A DNA stretch of 64,000 nt from an uncultured bacterium (lineage in GTDB: Bacteria; Zixibacteria; MSB-5A5; CAIYYT01). Below, in pieces: positions 62,877 through 64,000 of this stretch. Within the stretch, counting starts at the first letter, position 1. The number at the start of each line of letters is the position of its first letter. The position numbers were made by a program, and so were the translations under genes. The DNA lies in assembly GCA_963726455.1 (NCBI GenBank), contig CAVSCK010000003.1, positions 224,001 through 288,000 of the forward strand. The letters run 5' to 3'. Below the pieces are notes generated by a model. It did not search any database. It worked only from the letters and a program-made list of their open reading frames with translations, and was not told the origin of the DNA.

Positions 62877-64000
62877 ACTAATCAAGAACGGGACTCTGAT
62901 TCTTCCCGATAAAAACGAACCGATCGAGGGCGACATCTATCTCGAAGACGGCATCATCAAGAAAATCAATCTGGAGACTGACAGCCGCAAGAAGGAGAAG
63001 ACCGGCGGTGACGGCGTGATCGACGCCAAGGGACTGCTGGTCTTTCCCGGCCTGATCGACATGCATGTGCACTTGCGTGAACCGGGACGCGAGGATGAAG
63101 AAACGATCGCCACCGGCACCGCTGCCGCTGCCGCCGGCGGATTCACTGCCGTTGCTTGCATGCCGAATACGTTGCCGCCGGTCGACAATCAGGAATCCGT
63201 GATGTTTATCAAGCAACTTGCCCGCGATTGTCCGGCGCGGGTTTATCCCGTCGGCGCTATCAGCAAGGGACGCGCCGGCAAAGAAATCTGCCGAGATCGG
63301 CGAGATGGTGCAACATGGGCGCGGTGGCGATTTCCGATGACGGATCACCGGTGCATGATGCCGCGTATCATGCGGCGTGCTCTGGAATACGCCGGCATGT
63401 TCGGCATTCCGGTCATCAGCCACGCCGAGGATTCGACGCTTGACCGGCAATGGTGTGATGAACGAAGGATACGAATCGACCGACTCGGCATGCCCGGAAT
63501 CCCTCCCTATTCGGAGGAAGTCTGCATCTCGCGCGACATCATTCTCTGCAAACACATCGGCACGCATCTGCATATCGCGCATGTATCGACGAAGGGTTCG
63601 GTGGAACTGGTGCGACGCGCCAAAGCGGAAGGTGTCCATGTGACGGCGGAAGCCACGCCGCATCATTTTACACTCACCGACACGCTGATCGGCAAGGAGT
63701 TCAACACTAATCTGAAGATGATGCCGCCACTGCGAACACAGGAAGATGTTGATGCGATAATCGCCGGTCTGATGGACGGCACCATCGATGCCATCGCTTC
63801 CGATCATGCACCCCATTCATCCGAAGAAAAAGAGGTGGAATTCGATCAGGCGCCCAACGGCATCATCGGTCTGGAAACGACGGTGGGATTGGTCGCGACG
63901 TATTCTGGTGCGACCCGGACATCTGACCTGGAACGATGTTGCCCGCAAGCTTGTCAACTCATCCGGCGCGCATCTTGAAAATTACCGGCGGCGAGTTGAA
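62860..64000 (+). CDS. pyrC: Dihydroorotase (frameshifts; runs off the window)
   Basis: [48 protein letters not shown] and ASDHAPH. Confidence 0.95.

Overview
Bacterial chromosomal window of 64 kb, most likely from a candidate-phylum Zixibacteria (FCB-related) metagenome assembly. That placement is an inference from the Cys-flanked C-terminal dockerins and the SprA homologue. The housekeeping backbone comprises tilS-hpt-ftsH-folP-cdaA, rmuC, murB, recG, an ECF sigma/anti-sigma pair, holA, dgt, a sigma-54 activator, rnr, mreB, a KimA-like transporter, ETF-quinone oxidoreductase, bcp, pyrR-pyrB-pyrC and three tRNAs (His, Arg, Pro). Many essential genes are split by 1-nt indels that become denser toward the right end; I treat these as long-read consensus errors, not pseudogenes. 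The most interesting biology is a cell-surface toolkit: two modular fibre proteins with a small dockerin-bearing putative adaptor and two further dockerin proteins between two tRNAs, a TPR/CsgG-like + beta-barrel + cohesin-like lipoprotein operon, a T9SS translocon SprA with a D-S/T-saturated insertion, and a lamin-tail/CTD protein paired with a PorP/PorV-like barrel. Other notable items are a tandem kinase-pseudokinase, a sigma-54-type promoter ahead of a catalytically degenerate RNase H fold, a candidate sigma-28-dependent small RNA, a PyrR site overlapping the RBS of a 22-codon leader ORF, and several apparently leaderless genes. No CRISPR array, integrase or transposase was seen. All calls come from motif recognition by eye; no database searches were run.
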